Shown piece after piece: positions 48,494 through 57,978 of a DNA stretch of 64,000 nucleotides (the stretch's first letter is position 1; the number at the start of each line of letters is the position of its first letter). The translations under genes and the position numbers were made by a program. The notes under the pieces are model-generated. The model was not told the DNA's origin. It saw only the letters and a list, made by a program, of their open reading frames with translations, and made no database searches. This stretch comes from Alphaproteobacteria bacterium. Lineage in GTDB: Bacteria > Pseudomonadota > Alphaproteobacteria > UBA7985. The stretch covers positions 2,335,572 through 2,399,571 of the forward strand of contig OZ245893.1 of assembly GCA_965229645.1 (NCBI GenBank), in the 5' to 3' direction.

Positions 48494-50953
48494 GTGCTTC
48501 CTGAACCCATCGCGCGCTGGCTGGCGGGCCAGGGCTGGTCCCTCCACGCCCATCAGCAGGACATGCTGGCGGCGGCGCAGGCGGGCGAGTCCACCTTGTT
48601 GATCGCCCCGACGGGGGCTGGCAAAACGCTTTCTGGATTCCTTCCCAGCCTGTGCGACTTGATCGCGCGTCCGCAAACGGGGTTGCATACGCTTTACATT
48701 TCCCCGCTCAAGGCGCTCGCGGTCGATATAGAACGCAACTTGCAGACCCCGCTCAAGGGCATGGGCCTTGACGTCCAGATCCGCGCCGAAACCCGCACGG
48801 GCGATACGCCCTACGCCAAGAAGCTGCGCCAGCGCCGCCGCCCGCCGCACTTGCTGATGACCACGCCCGAGAGTCTTGCCCTCCTGCTGTCCTACCCCGA
48901 CGCGGCGGAGGTTTTTGCGAGCCTCAAGTGCCTGATCTTGGACGAACTGCATGCCCTGGCGCCGACCAAGCGCGGCGACTTGCTCGCCCTGGGCCTCGCG
49001 CGTGTGACTCGCCTGGCGCCCCACGCACGCCGCGTTGGCCTTAGCGCGACGGTCGCCGATGAGGGCTACCTGCGCGATTGGTTGTCCTCCCGCGGCGATC
49101 ATCGGGTGGGCCCCGTGCGCGTGGTGCGCGGCGCGTCAGGGCCCGCGCCCGACATCCAGATTCTCGACGTGCCCGAAACGCCCGAGACGCGCATCCCGTG
49201 GGCGGGGCACATGGCGCTCTACGCCATGGATCAGGTGATGGCGCAAATCGCCGCCCACACGACGACGCTGGTGTTCGTCAATACCCGCGCGCAGGCCGAG
49301 TTGGTGTTCCATGATCTCTGGCGGCTGAACGACCAAGGCTTTGCCATTGCCCTGCACCACGGATCGCTCAATCGCGAACAAAGGCGCAAGGTCGAGGCGG
49401 CCATGGCGCGCAACCAACTCAAAGCCGTGGTCGCGACCGCCTCGCTCGACCTCGGGATCGATTGGGGCCAAATCGACCTTGTTGTGCAAGTCGGCGCGCC
49501 CAAGGGCGTCTCGCGCCTCTTGCAACGCATCGGGCGCGCCAACCATCGCTTCGGCGAACCGTCCAAAGCCCTGTTGGTTCCTGCATCGCGGCTCGAGGTG
49601 CTGGAGTGTCGGGCCTGCATCGGCGGGGTTCAGGATCAGGATTTGGACGGCGAATTGCGCGATCAAGGCGGGTTGGACGTCCTGTCCCAACACCTAGTTG
49701 GCATGGCCTGCGCTGCGCCCTTTGATCCCGCCGATCTCTATGCCGAGGTGCGGTGCGCGCGTCCCTATCGCGATTTGCGCCAGCAGGACTTCGACGATGT
49801 GCTGAACTTTGTCAAAGACGGCGGCTACGCGCTCAAGGCCTACGCGGCCCATCGCCGATTGGTACCGCATACGGACGGCGGCCTGACGATCCGCGACGCC
49901 CGCCATGCCCAACGCTATCGCATGAACGTCGGCACCATTGTCGAGGCCAGCAGCCTGCGCGTGGTGCATCGCGCCAAGGGCTACTTGGGCGATGTAGAGG
50001 AATACTTCGCAGGCCAGTTGCAGCCCGGCGATACCTTCATGTTCGGGGGTCAGCAGGTCGGGTTTCGTGCCCTCGACAAGGGGGTGGTCAAGGTCGGTGC
50101 GCCCGAGTCCGCGCGCAAGCCTATCGTGCCCGTCTACGGCGGCGGGTACCAGCCCCTGACCCAGTCCCTGGCCGAACGGGTGCGGGCTTTGCTGCAAAAC
50201 CCCGCGCAGTGGCGCAGCTTCCCCGCGCCCGTGCGGCAATGGCTGACGATCCAGGGGTGGAAGTCGGCGCTGCCAGGGGCCGACCGTTTGCTCGTTGAGA
50301 CCTTTCCACGGGGCGAGCGGTTCTATTTGGTCGCCTACGGCTTTGAGGGCCGCAACGCCCACCAGACCCTCGGCATGTTGCTGACCAAACGCATGGAGCG
50401 TATGGGTTACGGCCCCATGGGATTTGTCGCCTCGGACTACATGATTTGCGTCTGGTCGATCCACCCCGTGGAGGACGTGGCGACTCTGTTCGATCAAGAC
50501 ATGTTGGGCGACGATTTGGAGGCCTGGATGCTCGAATCGTCTTTGCTGCGCGTGTCTTTTTGGAAATGCGCGGTTATCGCGGGCCTGGTGGAGCAGAACT
50601 TCCCAGGCAAGGAGAAGAGCCAGCGCCAACGCACCATCTCCTCCGATCTGATCTACGACGTTCTGCGCCGTCATGAGCCAAACCATGTTTTGCTGCGCGC
50701 GACCCGCGCCGACGCCGCTTACGGCCTGTGCGATGTGACGCGCGTCGCCCAGATGTTGACGCGGTTTCAGGGCAAGATCGACCATCGCCGCCTGACCCAC
50801 GTCAGTCCCTTGGCCGTCCCTGCCATGCTAGAATACGGGCGCCATCGCATCAGCGGCGGCGCGGGGGATGAGTTGCTGGCCGAGGCGGAACTGCACGCCT
50901 TTGAGACCGACCTACTCGCCGAGGCCCTGGGACCAGCAACGGATGGGACCTAG
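48494..50953 (+). CDS. Lhr-core type DEXH-box helicase (ligase-associated DNA damage response helicase family)
   Basis: 819 aa; GTG start; APTGAGKT (motif I), DELH (motif II), long C-terminal extension. Followed directly by pdeM. Confidence 0.8.
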   Translation: MLPEPIARWLAGQGWSLHAHQQDMLAAAQAGESTLLIAPTGAGKTLSGFLPSLCDLIARPQTGLHTLYISPLKALAVDIERNLQTPLKGMGLDVQIRAETRTGDTPYAKKLRQRRRPPHLLMTTPESLALLLSYPDAAEVFASLKCLILDELHALAPTKRGDLLALGLARVTRLAPHARRVGLSATVADEGYLRDWLSSRGDHRVGPVRVVRGASGPAPDIQILDVPETPETRIPWAGHMALYAMDQVMAQIAAHTTTLVFVNTRAQAELVFHDLWRLNDQGFAIALHHGSLNREQRRKVEAAMARNQLKAVVATASLDLGIDWGQIDLVVQVGAPKGVSRLLQRIGRANHRFGEPSKALLVPASRLEVLECRACIGGVQDQDLDGELRDQGGLDVLSQHLVGMACAAPFDPADLYAEVRCARPYRDLRQQDFDDVLNFVKDGGYALKAYAAHRRLVPHTDGGLTIRDARHAQRYRMNVGTIVEASSLRVVHRAKGYLGDVEEYFAGQLQPGDTFMFGGQQVGFRALDKGVVKVGAPESARKPIVPVYGGGYQPLTQSLAERVRALLQNPAQWRSFPAPVRQWLTIQGWKSALPGADRLLVETFPRGERFYLVAYGFEGRNAHQTLGMLLTKRMERMGYGPMGFVASDYMICVWSIHPVEDVATLFDQDMLGDDLEAWMLESSLLRVSFWKCAVIAGLVEQNFPGKEKSQRQRTISSDLIYDVLRRHEPNHVLLRATRADAAYGLCDVTRVAQMLTRFQGKIDHRRLTHVSPLAVPAMLEYGRHRISGGAGDELLAEAELHAFETDLLAEALGPATDGT

Positions 50954-50954
50954 G

Positions 50955-51626
50955 ATGCGGCAAGCAGGGCCCACACGCCCGTTTCATCCTTTGGGCGGCC
51001 TGGTGCTAGGGCAGACCCTGATCGTCGCGGACTTGCATCTGGAAAAGGGCACGCGCACCGCCTTGCGCGCGCGCGACGGCGGGCTTGTGCCGCCCTACGA
51101 CACCCGCGAGACCTTGCGGCGTCTCCAACAACTGATGCAGGCGGTCGCGCCCAAGCGGCTGATCCTCTTGGGTGATACGTTCGATGATGTCGGCGGCTGG
51201 GACCGCCTCAGCCCCGCAGATCGGCGGACGCTCGAGGCCCTAGAGGCCAGCACAGAAGTGCTCTGGGTGACGGGCAACCATGACCCCTGGCCCGCAGGCC
51301 GTTTGCCCGGCCGCGTCCAGGGGGAGGTGCAGACGGCGGACCATGTGTTTCGCCACGAGGCCCGCCCCGATCACCAAGGCCCGCAAATCGAAGTCAGCGG
51401 GCATTTCCATCCCGTCGCCAAGGTGCGGGTGCGCGGCAGCGTCCAGCGACGGCCCTGCTTCATCGAGGCGCGCCATCGCCTGATCCTGCCCGCCCTGGGC
51501 GCCTACACGGGCGGGCTGAATGTTCTGGATCCTGCCTTCGCCCCGCTCCAGCTCGGCGCCTTTCATGTGCATCTGTTGGGGCGCCAAAAAGTCTATCGCT
51601 TCGCCGTGGAATCGCTTGCCGCCTAG
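50955..51626 (+). CDS. pdeM: Ligase-associated DNA damage response metallophosphoesterase PdeM
   Basis: ADLHLEKG, GDTFDD, GNHD, GHFHP calcineurin-like motifs. Start MRQAGPT at 50955, immediately after the helicase stop. Confidence 0.75.
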   Translation: MRQAGPTRPFHPLGGLVLGQTLIVADLHLEKGTRTALRARDGGLVPPYDTRETLRRLQQLMQAVAPKRLILLGDTFDDVGGWDRLSPADRRTLEALEASTEVLWVTGNHDPWPAGRLPGRVQGEVQTADHVFRHEARPDHQGPQIEVSGHFHPVAKVRVRGSVQRRPCFIEARHRLILPALGAYTGGLNVLDPAFAPLQLGAFHVHLLGRQKVYRFAVESLAA

Positions 51627-51649
51627 TGGAATGGGCCTAAATCCCTAGG

Positions 51650-53065
51650 ATGAGCCTGGCGCCCGTCATCCTGTGGTTTCGCAAAGACCTGCGCCTGCGG
51701 GACAATCCTGCCTTGACCGCCGCCACGGCGAGCGGGCGGCCCATCCTGCCGCTATTTATCTTGGATTCGCACACACCTCGCCCCTTAGGTGGGGCCGCGA
51801 AGTGGTGGTTGCACGCCTCCTTAAGCGACCTAGGCGCGCGGGTACCGCTGGTGCTGCGGCGCGGCGACCCTGCCGAGGTCTTGACGCAGGTGCTGGCCGA
51901 AACGGGCGCAACGGGCCTGTTTTGGAACCGTCTTTACGAACCCGAGACACGGGCTCGGGACAGCCGTATCAAGCAGGTCTTTCGGAAACGGGGCCTCCAG
52001 GTCCGATCCTTCCCAGGGCGCTATCTGGCCGAACCCCATATGTTGAAAAACAAGGCGGGAACGACGCTCAAAGTATTTACGCCCTACTGGAAGGCCCTGA
52101 ACGCGCATTTTGAAACCCATCCCCTGCCTGAGCCCTTGCCCATCCCCGAAGTGACCTGGGCCAAGACGCACAGCGAACGCCTTGCCGATTGGGGCCTGAC
52201 CCCGACGCACCCCGACTGGTCGGGCGGCCTAGCCGCGGCCTGGACGCCAGGTGAAGCGGGCGCGTGGCGACGCCTTGAGACTTTTCAGGATTCGGCTATT
52301 CAAACCTACATCGACGACCGCAACCGCCCCGATTTGCCCAAGGTTTCGCGCCTGTCCCCGAATCTGCATTGGGGAGAAATCAGCGTCGGGCAGGTGTGGC
52401 ATGAAACGGCCCGCCACGGTCGGTCGCGGTCGCACGAGCATTTTTTGAAGGAGCTGACGTGGCGCGACTTCGCCGCCTACCTGCTGTTTCATTTTCCCCG
52501 CTTGACCGATCAGAACTGGCGCGCCGACTTCGACGCTTTCCCCTGGCAGGCCGACCCGCCTGCGTTGAAGGCTTGGCAAGACGGGCAAACGGGCTACCCC
52601 ATTGTCGATGCAGGCATGCGCGAGTTGTACGCGACGGGATGGATGCACAACCGCGTGCGCATGATCGTCGGGTCCTTTCTGGTAAAACATCTGCTGCAGC
52701 CCTGGCAAGCGGGGGAGCGCTGGTTCTGGGACACCTTGGTTGACGCCGATCCTGCGACCAATCCCGCCTCCTGGCAGTGGATCGCAGGCTGCGGCGCCGA
52801 CGCGGCGCCTTACTTTCGCATTTTCAACCCGATCAGCCAGGCCGAGAAGTTCGACCCCGAGGGCACCTACATCAAGACCTGGGTCCCCGAATTGGCGCGC
52901 CTGCCCCTTGAGTTCATCGCCAAACCTTGGGCGGCCTCGCCCCAGATCCTTGAGGCCGCGGGCGTGGAGTTGGGACGTGCCTATCCGCGCCCTTTGGTGC
53001 GGCATGAGGCGGCGCGCGCCCGCGCCCTGGCGGCCTTCCAATCCCTAAAGAAAGACACCCCCTAA
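51650..53065 (+). CDS. phrB: Deoxyribodipyrimidine photolyase (cryptochrome/photolyase family)
   Basis: 471 aa; N-terminal photolyase domain plus FAD-binding C-terminus (WQWIAGCGADAAPYFRIFNP). Confidence 0.9.
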   Translation: MSLAPVILWFRKDLRLRDNPALTAATASGRPILPLFILDSHTPRPLGGAAKWWLHASLSDLGARVPLVLRRGDPAEVLTQVLAETGATGLFWNRLYEPETRARDSRIKQVFRKRGLQVRSFPGRYLAEPHMLKNKAGTTLKVFTPYWKALNAHFETHPLPEPLPIPEVTWAKTHSERLADWGLTPTHPDWSGGLAAAWTPGEAGAWRRLETFQDSAIQTYIDDRNRPDLPKVSRLSPNLHWGEISVGQVWHETARHGRSRSHEHFLKELTWRDFAAYLLFHFPRLTDQNWRADFDAFPWQADPPALKAWQDGQTGYPIVDAGMRELYATGWMHNRVRMIVGSFLVKHLLQPWQAGERWFWDTLVDADPATNPASWQWIAGCGADAAPYFRIFNPISQAEKFDPEGTYIKTWVPELARLPLEFIAKPWAASPQILEAAGVELGRAYPRPLVRHEAARARALAAFQSLKKDTP

Positions 53066-53066
53066 G

Positions 53067-54446
53067 ATGCGAATTGCCATCGTCGGCGCTGGGATCACGG
53101 GCCTGTCGGCGGCCTACGCCCTGGCCCCCGACCACGACGTGACCCTCTATAACGACGCTACCCGTCCTGGCGGCCATAGTCATACGGTCACGCTGGACTT
53201 GCCCGAGGGGCCTGTGCCGGTGGACTGCGGCTTCATCGTCTTCAACCGCAAGAACTATCCCAACTTCTCGAACTTGCTCGATACCTTGGGCGTGGCGACG
53301 CAGCGCTCGGACATGACCTTTGCCACCTCGATCGAGGACGGGGGATTGGAGTTTAAGGGCGGCTATGGTCTGGGTGCCCTGTTCGCGCAGCGGCGCAATT
53401 TGGTGCGCCCACGCTTCCATGCGCTCCTGCGGGCGATCCTGCGCTTTCATGAGGTATCGAGCCAGGCGTTTTTGACGCCTTCGCCTTTGCCCGAAACCGT
53501 CGGGGAATTCCTGGCCTTGCACCGCCTCGACACCACGGCCGTGGCGCGCGACTACCTCTATCCCATGATGGCGGCGATTTGGTCGGGCACCAGCGCGCGC
53601 ATGGGGGCCATGCCGACGCGCACCTTCCTGCGATTTTTCCATAACCACGGGTTGCTATCCATTGGCGGCAAGCCGCTCTGGGATACGGTGAGCGGCGGTG
53701 CCCAGACTTACGTTCGCGCGCTGCTCGACAGCTTGGCCCTGCAAAGGCGTCTGGGAACGCGGGTGCAGCGGGTGGAACGGCACGAAAACCAAGTCATCGT
53801 CGTCGATTCTGAGGGCTACGGCCAAGCCTTTGACGAGGTGATCCTGGCGACCCATAGCGATCAGGCCCTGGCCCTCTTGGGCGCGGGGGCGTCGTCGCTG
53901 GAACGCACGCTGCTGGGCGCCATTCCCTACGCGCCCAATCGCGCCTATCTGCATAGCGATCCAGCCCTTATGCCGCGCAAACGACGGGCTTGGGCGTCCT
54001 GGAACTACTTGCGCGCGGGCACGACCCAGGATGCCGAGCAGGCCCCCGTGACCCTGACCTATTGGATGAACAATTTGCAGAACCTTGCGACCCAGACTGA
54101 CGTGTTCCTTACCCTCAACCCCGACACCCCGCCGCGTGCTCACACGATTTGGCGCGAGGTCAGTTTCGACCATCCCCAATTCGGCCCCGAAAGCCATGCG
54201 GCGCAAGCGGCCCTGCATACGATCCAGGGGCAGCAGCGGGTGTGGTTCGCGGGTGCCTGGTGCGGCTATGGGTTCCATGAGGATGGGTGCCAGGCGGGCC
54301 TTGCTATCGCCGAAACCCTGGGCAGCCCCGTTCCCTGGGCGCGGCAGGTGGTGCCCATTTCCAGTGCGGTCAACTGCGTCGATCGCACGGCTTATTTGCA
54401 GCGACTGGCCGACCGCGCGGCGGCGCTGGCCGTTGCGGCGGAATAG
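53067..54446 (+). CDS. NAD(P)/FAD-dependent oxidoreductase (amine-oxidase-like)
   Basis: MRIAIVGAGITGLSAAYAL dinucleotide-binding motif. Confidence 0.75.
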   Translation: MRIAIVGAGITGLSAAYALAPDHDVTLYNDATRPGGHSHTVTLDLPEGPVPVDCGFIVFNRKNYPNFSNLLDTLGVATQRSDMTFATSIEDGGLEFKGGYGLGALFAQRRNLVRPRFHALLRAILRFHEVSSQAFLTPSPLPETVGEFLALHRLDTTAVARDYLYPMMAAIWSGTSARMGAMPTRTFLRFFHNHGLLSIGGKPLWDTVSGGAQTYVRALLDSLALQRRLGTRVQRVERHENQVIVVDSEGYGQAFDEVILATHSDQALALLGAGASSLERTLLGAIPYAPNRAYLHSDPALMPRKRRAWASWNYLRAGTTQDAEQAPVTLTYWMNNLQNLATQTDVFLTLNPDTPPRAHTIWREVSFDHPQFGPESHAAQAALHTIQGQQRVWFAGAWCGYGFHEDGCQAGLAIAETLGSPVPWARQVVPISSAVNCVDRTAYLQRLADRAAALAVAAE

Positions 54447-54460
54447 CGCTGCTGCACCCC

Positions 54461-55207
54461 ATGGCGGCAACGCTCTATTCGGTTCGGGTGCATCATCGGC
54501 GCGTGCGCCCGCGCGCCTATGACTTGGCGCACGATCTGTGGGCGCTCAAAATTGATCTGGCGGCGCTGGCAGCCCTGGCGCGCGACAATTTGCTCGGCGG
54601 CACGTCGCCCCTGTCTCTGGACGCACGCGACTTTGGCCCGCGCGACGGCAGCGATCTGCTTACCTGGTTTCGAACGACCTTGCGCGCCCAAGGTTTCGAC
54701 GACACGGGGCCGTTGGAACTGGTGTTTTTGCCGCGCTTTCGCGGCAAAGGGTTTGCGCCCTTGAGCGTTTGGATGTCGCCCGAAGCCGTCCTGTTTGAGG
54801 TGCATAATACGGCGGGCGAAGCCCATATCTACGCCGTTCGGCGCGATGGCTTGCCCGATCAGCACGCTTGGAAACGCCTATGGGTCAGCCCCTTTACCCC
54901 CATGCACGGGCGCTACGATTTCCGGTTTGCGGCCAGCCCGCAAGACCTTGACGTGCAGATACGCCTCCATGATGCGGCGGGCCTGCTGCTCGAGGCAACG
55001 ATGGTCGGGCCAGGCCAACCCCTGACCCCTGCCGCGCTCAGGGACTTGCAACAGCGCCCTGGCGTACTCGGGCGCGGGATTTTTCGGCGCATCCTAGGGC
55101 ACGCGCTGCGCTTGCGGCTCTTGGGCTTGCGCCCGCGCTGGGGGGGCTTTGCGCCAGCCCATTCGATCTCGACATCGGTGCCCAAGTTTGCCAAAACGCG
55201 CCTATGA
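54461..55207 (+). CDS. DUF1365-family protein
   Basis: Start MAATLYSVRVHHRRVRPRAYDLAHDLWALKIDL; usual partner of cfa-like methyltransferases. Confidence 0.65.
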   Translation: MAATLYSVRVHHRRVRPRAYDLAHDLWALKIDLAALAALARDNLLGGTSPLSLDARDFGPRDGSDLLTWFRTTLRAQGFDDTGPLELVFLPRFRGKGFAPLSVWMSPEAVLFEVHNTAGEAHIYAVRRDGLPDQHAWKRLWVSPFTPMHGRYDFRFAASPQDLDVQIRLHDAAGLLLEATMVGPGQPLTPAALRDLQQRPGVLGRGIFRRILGHALRLRLLGLRPRWGGFAPAHSISTSVPKFAKTRL

Positions 55208-56406
55208 TCGCATCGTTTTTGGGCAAGCGTGCCTTCGCCGCCATCCTCCGCAGTCTTGAGGGCCGCATCGACCAGGGCGCGCTCACTTTCATTTTGCCCG
55301 ACGGCGAGCAACACGTCGTGGCGGGGCCAAATCCTGGTCCCCAGGCGCAACTCCAGATTCATACCTACGGCTTTATGCGCCGCATTCTGCGGTTTGGGTC
55401 GCTGGGGTTTGCCGAGGCCTACATGGCCGAGGAGTGTAGCAGCCCCGATATGCGCGCGGTGATGGATTTTGCCGTCGCCAACGCCAAGTGGTTCGACTCC
55501 GACGCGTTCATGAGCCGCGGCCTCGCCAACCTCATCACCCGCTGGCGGCACAGCCGCCGCGACAATAGCCGCGTCGGGTCGCGCAAGAATATCGCTTACC
55601 ACTACGACCTGGGCAATGACTTCTATGCCCTTTGGCTGGATCCGTCCATGACGTACTCCAGTGCTGTTTTTGCCGACGGGGTCAATTCCTTGGAGGTCGC
55701 GCAGCGGGAAAAGTACGACCGCCTGGCCCAGCTCGTCGATCTCAAGCCAGGGGCGCGGGTCTTAGAGATTGGGTGCGGCTGGGGCGGCTTTGCCGAATTT
55801 GCCGCCAGGGAGTACGGCGCGGAGGTGACGGGCCTGACCATCAGTCAGGAACAGCTCGAGTACGCCAAGGCGCGGATTGCGCGCGCGGGCCTGACCGCTA
55901 AGGTCGATCTGCAGTTTTGCGACTACCGCGAACATGCGGGGAAAAACTACGACGCTCTGGTCTCGATTGAAATGTTCGAGGCGGTGGGCGAGCGGCACTG
56001 GCGAACCTTTTTTGATCGGGTTCAGGCCTTGTTGCGCCCAGGCGGCAAGGCGGGCCTGCAGGTCATTACCATCGCAGAGCCGTTTTTCCACGCCTACCGC
56101 GCCAGCCCAGACTTTATCCAGAAGTACATTTTCCCAGGGGGCATGTTGCCAACGCCCGAGCATTTGGACGCCTTAGCGGGGCAGGTGAACCTGACGCGCG
56201 AGACTTCGACGGGGTACGGGACCCACTACGCCCGCACCCTCGACACCTGGCTCGCCAACTTCCGCCAGCACTGGGACCAGATTAGCGCCATGGGATTCGA
56301 TGAACGGTTTCGGCGCATGTGGGAGTACTATCTGCACTATTGCTCTGCAGGGTTCACCGACGGTCGCTTGGACGTAAAGCAGATCGGTCTGCGCAAGGGT
56401 GCCTAA
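55204..56406 (+). CDS. cfa: Cyclopropane-fatty-acyl-phospholipid synthase family SAM-dependent methyltransferase
   Basis: VLEIGCGWGG SAM motif; HYDLGNDFY. Confidence 0.85.
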   Translation: MIASFLGKRAFAAILRSLEGRIDQGALTFILPDGEQHVVAGPNPGPQAQLQIHTYGFMRRILRFGSLGFAEAYMAEECSSPDMRAVMDFAVANAKWFDSDAFMSRGLANLITRWRHSRRDNSRVGSRKNIAYHYDLGNDFYALWLDPSMTYSSAVFADGVNSLEVAQREKYDRLAQLVDLKPGARVLEIGCGWGGFAEFAAREYGAEVTGLTISQEQLEYAKARIARAGLTAKVDLQFCDYREHAGKNYDALVSIEMFEAVGERHWRTFFDRVQALLRPGGKAGLQVITIAEPFFHAYRASPDFIQKYIFPGGMLPTPEHLDALAGQVNLTRETSTGYGTHYARTLDTWLANFRQHWDQISAMGFDERFRRMWEYYLHYCSAGFTDGRLDVKQIGLRKGA

Positions 56407-56773
56407 GGCCAGCGGCAACTGAGGATGACTCTTATGTTCGCTGGTATAAGGGCTGCGACTGCGGTCCCCCAAAGCGGGCTCCAAGCCTGAAGGGCGCAGG
56501 GAACGCCCGTAATCCAAACGCGCGGCCCCGAGAATCGCGGACACGCGCCTCGGGGTATAAGCCAAGGCCCCGTCCAGCGGTCGGGCTGAGCGAGCTTAGC
56601 GAGCGAGTAGAGACCGCAACTAAAAGGTCGGGCTGAGCGAGCTTAGCGAGCGAGTAGAGACCGCAACTAAAAGGTCGGGCTGAGCGAGCTTAGCGAGCGA
56701 GGTGAGACCGCAACCCATAAAGCCGAAACGCGAAGCGTTTCTGCCGCGAGACACCAAACGGACATAAAAAAGG
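56407..56773 (+). mobile_element. MITE copy 11 (long form; module B expanded to 3 tandem 47-bp units)
   Basis: GGCCAGCGGCAACTGAGGATGACTCTTATGTTCGCTGGTATAAGG...; no clear 3' terminal repeat. Confidence 0.75.
56579..56719 (+). repeat. Tandem repeat 3 x 47 bp (GGTCGGGCTGAGCGAGCTTAGCGAGCGAGTAGAGACCGCAACTAAAA)
   Basis: Units at 56579, 56626, 56673; the third unit diverges at its 3' end. Confidence 0.85.
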
Positions 56774-56794
56774 CGTCGTTGATAACCGTTTGTG

Positions 56795-57874
56795 TTAGGT
56801 ATTCAACCAGTACCTGGTGCCTTTTCGTTCTCCTGTCTTACGAAGTGCGCCCTTATCCACCAAGTCATTAAGATCCCGAGTCGTGGTAGGTGTAGAGGCG
56901 CCAGTAATGGCCCTATAGTTCTTCGCGCTCAAGCCCCCGATGAAGCCTGCAGGTCCCGCGTCGAACATACGGATAAGCGCGCGCTCTTGCCTTTTGTTGA
57001 GTTGACCACGCAGACTATCGAGCATTTGTGTCTTGATGATGATGTGATCAATGAGTTGAAGGGAGTACTCTTGAGCCGAGAGAGCGGTTTCTGCAAACCA
57101 AACAAGCCAAGACTGGATATCCATACGTTTGTTATGGTGTTCCAGTTCACGATAGTAGGATTTTCGTTCTTTCTCAATCTGTCGGGACAAGGCAAGAAGG
57201 CTTGGTTGACCAAGCGCCCGCGATATGCAATGTTCAGAGATAGCACGCGCGATACGGCCATTTCCATCCTCAAAGGGGTGAATGGAAACAAAGTACAGGT
57301 GCGCGATCCCCGACAAAGTGAGAATTGGCAATCGAGCATTTTCGAGCCAACTCAGGAAGGTGTCCATTTCTTCTGGAACCTGAATTGAGGGAGGAGCCTC
57401 AAAGTGGATCTGTGGCTTGTCGATGGGACCAGATACCACTTGCATAGCTTCCTCATGCGTTCGATACCCACCAATAACATCCATATTTCGTTGTGTACGG
57501 CAGACCATGTCATGCCAAGCAAAGAGGTCTTGGTGTGTGAGGGGCTGATCAAACCCTTTGAACACGCTGACCATGAGTTCAGCAATTCCCTGCTCCGCAG
57601 CGCCGGATTTTTTCAGGGGGGTAAGGCCGAATTCTCGACGTATTGAGGACTGGACAGAAGTGCGGTTCAAAAACTCACCCTCAATTTGCGAGGTTTTCAT
57701 CGCCTCGTCGCTCAGAAGGTCAACTTTCAGCGCGTCTTGGTCTCGCGGATTAAGATGTTGCCATGCGCCGAGCAGGCGCCCAGCACCAAGAAGGAAGCGT
57801 TGCTCCAGCTCACTAAGGGCCTTGCTGTCGTAACGCCAATGTCGCCAATCGGGCTGTTGCCAATTCCAGGTCAT
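56795..57874 (-). CDS. fic: Fic-family protein (class II, internal inhibitory motif), C-terminal winged-helix region
   Basis: Active-site HPFEDGNGRIAR (HxFx[DE]GNGRxxR); N-terminal TSQIEG matches the (S/T)xxxE(G/N) inhibitory motif. GC is about 52-55%. Confidence 0.85.
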   Translation of the reverse strand: MTWNWQQPDWRHWRYDSKALSELEQRFLLGAGRLLGAWQHLNPRDQDALKVDLLSDEAMKTSQIEGEFLNRTSVQSSIRREFGLTPLKKSGAAEQGIAELMVSVFKGFDQPLTHQDLFAWHDMVCRTQRNMDVIGGYRTHEEAMQVVSGPIDKPQIHFEAPPSIQVPEEMDTFLSWLENARLPILTLSGIAHLYFVSIHPFEDGNGRIARAISEHCISRALGQPSLLALSRQIEKERKSYYRELEHHNKRMDIQSWLVWFAETALSAQEYSLQLIDHIIIKTQMLDSLRGQLNKRQERALIRMFDAGPAGFIGGLSAKNYRAITGASTPTTTRDLNDLVDKGALRKTGERKGTRYWLNT

Positions 57875-57947
57875 GAGGAATAAGGGTGAGATTTATTCCT
57901 CACAAAATACCCATATTGTGAGGAATATCAAGGATATTTATTCCTCA
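57874..57947. promoter_or_regulatory. Two tandem palindromic operators TGAGGAATA-N11/12-TATTCCTCA overlapping/upstream of the fic start
   Basis: 9-mers at 57874-82, 57894-902, 57918-26, 57939-47. The first overlaps the fic initiation codon. Confidence 0.5.
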
Positions 57948-57978
57948 CTATCACTTTTGGCGACTGTGACCAAAAGCG

